A stretch of DNA of 10,088 nucleotides from positions 1 through 10,088 of the forward strand of contig JBILLK010000063.1 in NCBI GenBank assembly GCA_044376115.1. The letters are read 5' to 3'. Origin of the DNA: Polyangiaceae bacterium (GTDB lineage: Bacteria; Myxococcota_A; Polyangia; Polyangiales; Polyangiaceae). The position numbers and the translations under genes are program-made. The notes beneath the pieces were generated by a model that ran no database searches, was not told the origin of the DNA, and was given only the letters and a program-made list of their open reading frames with translations. Positions 7,196 through 10,088 of this stretch are shown piece after piece. Numbering within the stretch: position 1 is the first letter of the stretch; each line of letters begins with the position of its first letter.

Positions 7196-7861
7196 ATGAC
7201 CTTTGCGATCGTCACCGGAGCCAACAAAGGGATCGGACTCGCGCTAACGCAAGCGCTTCGAGCACGCGGAGCCGAGGTGCTCGCCGCATGCCGCTCGACC
7301 TCGGACGCGCTGGCTCGGACCGGCGCAGAGGTGGTGACGGGCGTGGACGTGGCGAGTGATGACGGCCTGACCACCTTGGTGCGCGCGGTCGGCTCCCGCA
7401 CCATCGATCTCTACATTCACAACGCCGGCATCCTGGTCTGGGGGGACGCGCTCGGCGCCCTCGACGTGGAGGGCATTCGTCGGCAGTTCGAGGTGAACGC
7501 GCTCGGCCCGCTGCGGCTCACCGACGCGCTCCGAGAGAACCTCGTAGCCGGCTCGAAGCTCGCGCTGATCACGAGCCGAATGGGCTCGATCGACGACAAC
7601 GGCTCCGGCGGGCGATACGGCTACCGCATGAGCAAGGCCGCCCTCAACATGGCCGGGAAGTCGCTGGCGATGGACCTGCGCGGTCGCGGGGTGGCCGTCG
7701 CGCTCCTGCACCCCGGCATGGTGAAGACCGACATGGTCGGCGGCGGAGGGCAGGTCGAGCCGGAGGACGCCGCCCGCGGCCTCCTTGCGCGCATCGACGA
7801 GCTCACGCTCGAGACGACGGGCGGGTTCTGGCACGCCAACGGGGAACGGCTCCCCTGGTGA
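7196..7861 (+). CDS. Short-chain dehydrogenase/reductase, C-factor (CsgA)-like subfamily
   Basis: TGANKGIG Rossmann motif, HNAG, TSRMGS, catalytic YRMSK, LHPGMVKTDM and terminal LPW. Confidence 0.93.
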   Translation: MTFAIVTGANKGIGLALTQALRARGAEVLAACRSTSDALARTGAEVVTGVDVASDDGLTTLVRAVGSRTIDLYIHNAGILVWGDALGALDVEGIRRQFEVNALGPLRLTDALRENLVAGSKLALITSRMGSIDDNGSGGRYGYRMSKAALNMAGKSLAMDLRGRGVAVALLHPGMVKTDMVGGGGQVEPEDAARGLLARIDELTLETTGGFWHANGERLPW

Positions 7862-7959
7862 GGGCTGCCCGCGCGTGACGACTAGATGCGGGCTCGTAGG
7901 CTCACGCGGACCTCACTCGGTCCCTCGGTAAAGGCTGCGTCCCCGGCGAAGCCGTGACC

Positions 7960-8298
7960 TCAGCCGACCTTGCGCTGCAGCTCCGCGACAGCCGTCTCGA
8001 GCGCCAACATCCGCGCCTCGTCTCGCGTGCGCATGCGAATCAGCTCCTCAGCGAAGAAGTCCAACCGACCGTTGGTTCTGCGGTGCTCTTGGACCAACAC
8101 ATCCTGCATCTCCTTGACGTTGTCCACGCGCTCGGTGAGGTGGTCCACGCGCTCGGTGAGGTGGTCCACGCGCTCGGTGAGGTGGTCCAAACGCTCGTTC
8201 GTCTTCGCAATCTCCGTACGCAGGCCACCGAGGCCTTCTTTCAACTCGATGCGAATCTGCTTGAGCACCTCGAGAGTGAGGTCTTGCACGTTGCTCAT
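7960..8298 (-). CDS. Small coiled-coil hypothetical protein
   Basis: 112 aa with continuous heptads (TNERLD-HLTERVD x3), GC3-rich codons and an extended -10-like motif 6 nt upstream of the ATG. Confidence 0.75.
   Translation of the reverse strand: MSNVQDLTLEVLKQIRIELKEGLGGLRTEIAKTNERLDHLTERVDHLTERVDHLTERVDNVKEMQDVLVQEHRRTNGRLDFFAEELIRMRTRDEARMLALETAVAELQRKVG
8122..8197. repeat. 21-bp tandem repeat (3 perfect copies plus a partial) encoding one heptad each
   Basis: GTCCACGCGCTCGGTGAGGTG at 8122, 8143 and 8164, then GTCCAAACGCTCG. Confidence 0.95.
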
Positions 8299-8480
8299 GA
8301 CAGGAAGTTAGCACGCATCGGGGAGGACCAAAGGCGGCCCTCACGGCCTCAACCCCAGCGAAATCACGCCACCCTCCACACGATGGACCGCTCGAGTTCG
8401 AGCCCGTCTTCCAGCCCAGACCTCTCGAACTTGCACGGACACTCCGCGCCCCGTCGAGAACACGCCTCGTCGAGGTCCGA

Positions 8481-9166
8481 TCACCTGGCGACAGGCGTGA
8501 ACGTCTGCTTCTTCCCGAGTTCTGCGTACTCGGCGTTCCTGCCCTCGCAGTCTGGCTGGGCGGCTTCCACCGTCCCGTCGAAGCCGTCGCGGGCCTTGAC
8601 CGGGTAGTAGTGCCGCCGGTCCCCGTCGAACAGCACGCAGACGCCGATCGCGCCCTCGGGAGGGCACGGCGTCCTTGCGTACTTGCCCTCCACAACCGTA
8701 TCGGGTCACCGTGTCGTTCCCGATGAGCCGCGTGAGGGTCTCGTTCCGGCCAGGCGGAGTGCTACGGAGGACGCTGGGTCTGGCTTAGGCGCGGTGGTGA
8801 TCGATGGGGAGCCGGTCGGTGGACGCGGCTGCTCGCATCCGGCGCACAGCAGCATCGCGGCGCCGAGGTAGCTTCGCTCCGGGCGCGGTCGCGGCCCGGA
8901 GGCGTCGCCCCGAGTAGCATACGACTTTCCAGGCCTTTCCTTCACGAAGACGGCGACGGATTTTACCAGCACGTCGCGGTCCTTTCGCCCAAGCGATCAC
9001 TCTCGCAGTTCTTCTCGGCCTCGTCCTTCGGCGCTGCGAGCGATTCGAGGCAGGTGCCTCGCTCCGCGCGCATGTCGCAGCTCGACGTTGCTGTCGCGGA
9101 GCTAGCCGCTACGGGGGCCGCGGGGGCCACGGTTGTCGGAGTGGCCGCTATCTTCCGCCAGCCGCT
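8481..9166 (-). pseudogene. Fragments of Cys-rich lipoprotein gene(s)
   Basis: Pieces in different frames: 9166-8963 (ATPTTVAPAAP...SCDMRAERGTCLES...AEKNCES, no start); about 8870-8760 lipobox-like AMLLCAGC plus a Pro linker; about 8748-8692 RNETLTRLIGNDTVTRYGC; 8693-8481 EGKYARTPCPPEGAIGVC...HYY...AQPDCEG. Confidence 0.5.
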
Positions 9167-9686
9167 TCATGCTGGCGGGCACCATGACTGGCTGTCTCTT
9201 CGCATCCAAACTCGCAAACAAAGGGCAGGGGGTGGCCATGCAGTGGAACACCATCCAACGGCGCCATCGATGTGGAGGACGTGCTGAACCCTGCAATCAT
9301 CGGAGCAACCCAAACCGGGCTCCTTGCAGGATTCGTGTTCCCGAACCGATGCGCAGCCGACGGGGTGGTGGAGGACTTGGCCGCGCTCCACGCAAGTGCG
9401 GCGTGGAAGTTGAGACGCATCTCGATCGACAAGCAAGCGCCAGCCACGGCGGCCTTCTCAGTCAAGTACGTTCGGCCCGAGGGTGGAACGGCAAGCGTCG
9501 GTGGATTCGCACGCTCTCCACAATGCCCATCCCACCGCAGCACTCGTGAGCGAACACGCCCGATTCTCGATTACACGACTACTCCGACGTTCAAGCCGCC
9601 CTTCATGCACGCCTCACCGCGCCGGCCAGCTCCCAGAGCAAGAATCATTCCCGGGCAAAGGGAAAAAGAGTAAATAGAAAATGAAA

Positions 9687-10088
9687 TTACCGGGCGCAGC
9701 GAAAACCAAGGGAGACCATGCGAAGCGACGGCTCGTGCGCGTTGCGGAACGAAGCCGAGAGCATCGACGCCTCATTGAAGACGAAATCGCCACCACGATA
9801 GACACGGAGCGGTGACTTGGCATCATATTCGCTAGAGGTCCACTCCCACACGTTGCCGGACAGGTCCTTGTGGCCAAACCGGCCATTTCCAGTTCGAAAG
9901 CTTCCGACCGTGCAAGTGCCCTGCCGTTTTCCCTCTGTTCCGCCGGACCAACACGCTCGGTCTTCGGGCGCTTCATCCCCCCAAGGGAATTTCCTGGCCG
10001 CATCGCCGCCTCGCGCCGCCCACTCCCACTCTGCCTCGCTTGGCAACCGCTTGCCCTGCGCCTCGCAGAACCCTTTGGCTTGCTTCCA
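9687..10088 (-). CDS. FGE-sulfatase (SUMF1/EgtB/PvdO-type) domain protein, C-terminal part (5' end off the window)
   Basis: Open to the window edge: W..A..FC...GKRLPSEAEWEWAARGG...FPWG...GNGRFG..DLSGNVWEWT...RVYRGG...LGFRCAR*. Confidence 0.93.
   Translation of the reverse strand, partial: WKQAKGFCEAQGKRLPSEAEWEWAARGGDAARKFPWGDEAPEDRACWSGGTEGKRQGTCTVGSFRTGNGRFGHKDLSGNVWEWTSSEYDAKSPLRVYRGGDFVFNEASMLSASFRNAHEPSLRMVSLGFRCAR

Noticed and set aside
7870..7910. Bulged hairpin CGCGTGA...TCACGCG as an integron attC site
   Set aside because: No RYYYAAC/GTTRRRY boxes and no integrase. At most a terminator-like structure between convergent genes.
8481..8972. Selenocysteine or readthrough at in-frame TGA 8706-8708
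   Set aside because: No redox motif and only a weak downstream hairpin. An alternative frame across the TGA has better codon usage, favouring frameshift decay.

Overview
High-GC bacterial window. The short Cys-rich lipoproteins suggest a myxobacterium, but that is inference. From left to right: (1) the left end of an IS3-family element running off the window (1-104); (2) a frameshifted exported-protein remnant carrying a 103-bp MITE-like inverted repeat; (3) a minus-strand run of AhpD/CMD-family, DUF1348/SnoaL-like and EEP-nuclease genes, divergent from a LysR regulator with a clear palindromic operator; (4) a 72/73-bp-period palindromic repeat array; (5) a MenA1/MenT1-like toxin-antitoxin pair that the ORF track does not resolve, with an intact-looking antitoxin and a nucleotidyltransferase toxin truncated before its catalytic motif; (6) a Tat-lipoprotein dienelactone hydrolase followed by two lipoproteins and a C-factor-like SDR; (7) a heptad-repeat coiled-coil gene; (8) about 1.2 kb of decayed secreted-protein fragments; (9) the 3' end of an FGE-sulfatase-domain gene. 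I found no complete novel system. The best leads are the broken MenAT-like module abutting the repeat array, the MITE-like element, and the helical insertion in the EEP nuclease. Family assignments come from motif recognition and recalled sequences, not database searches.
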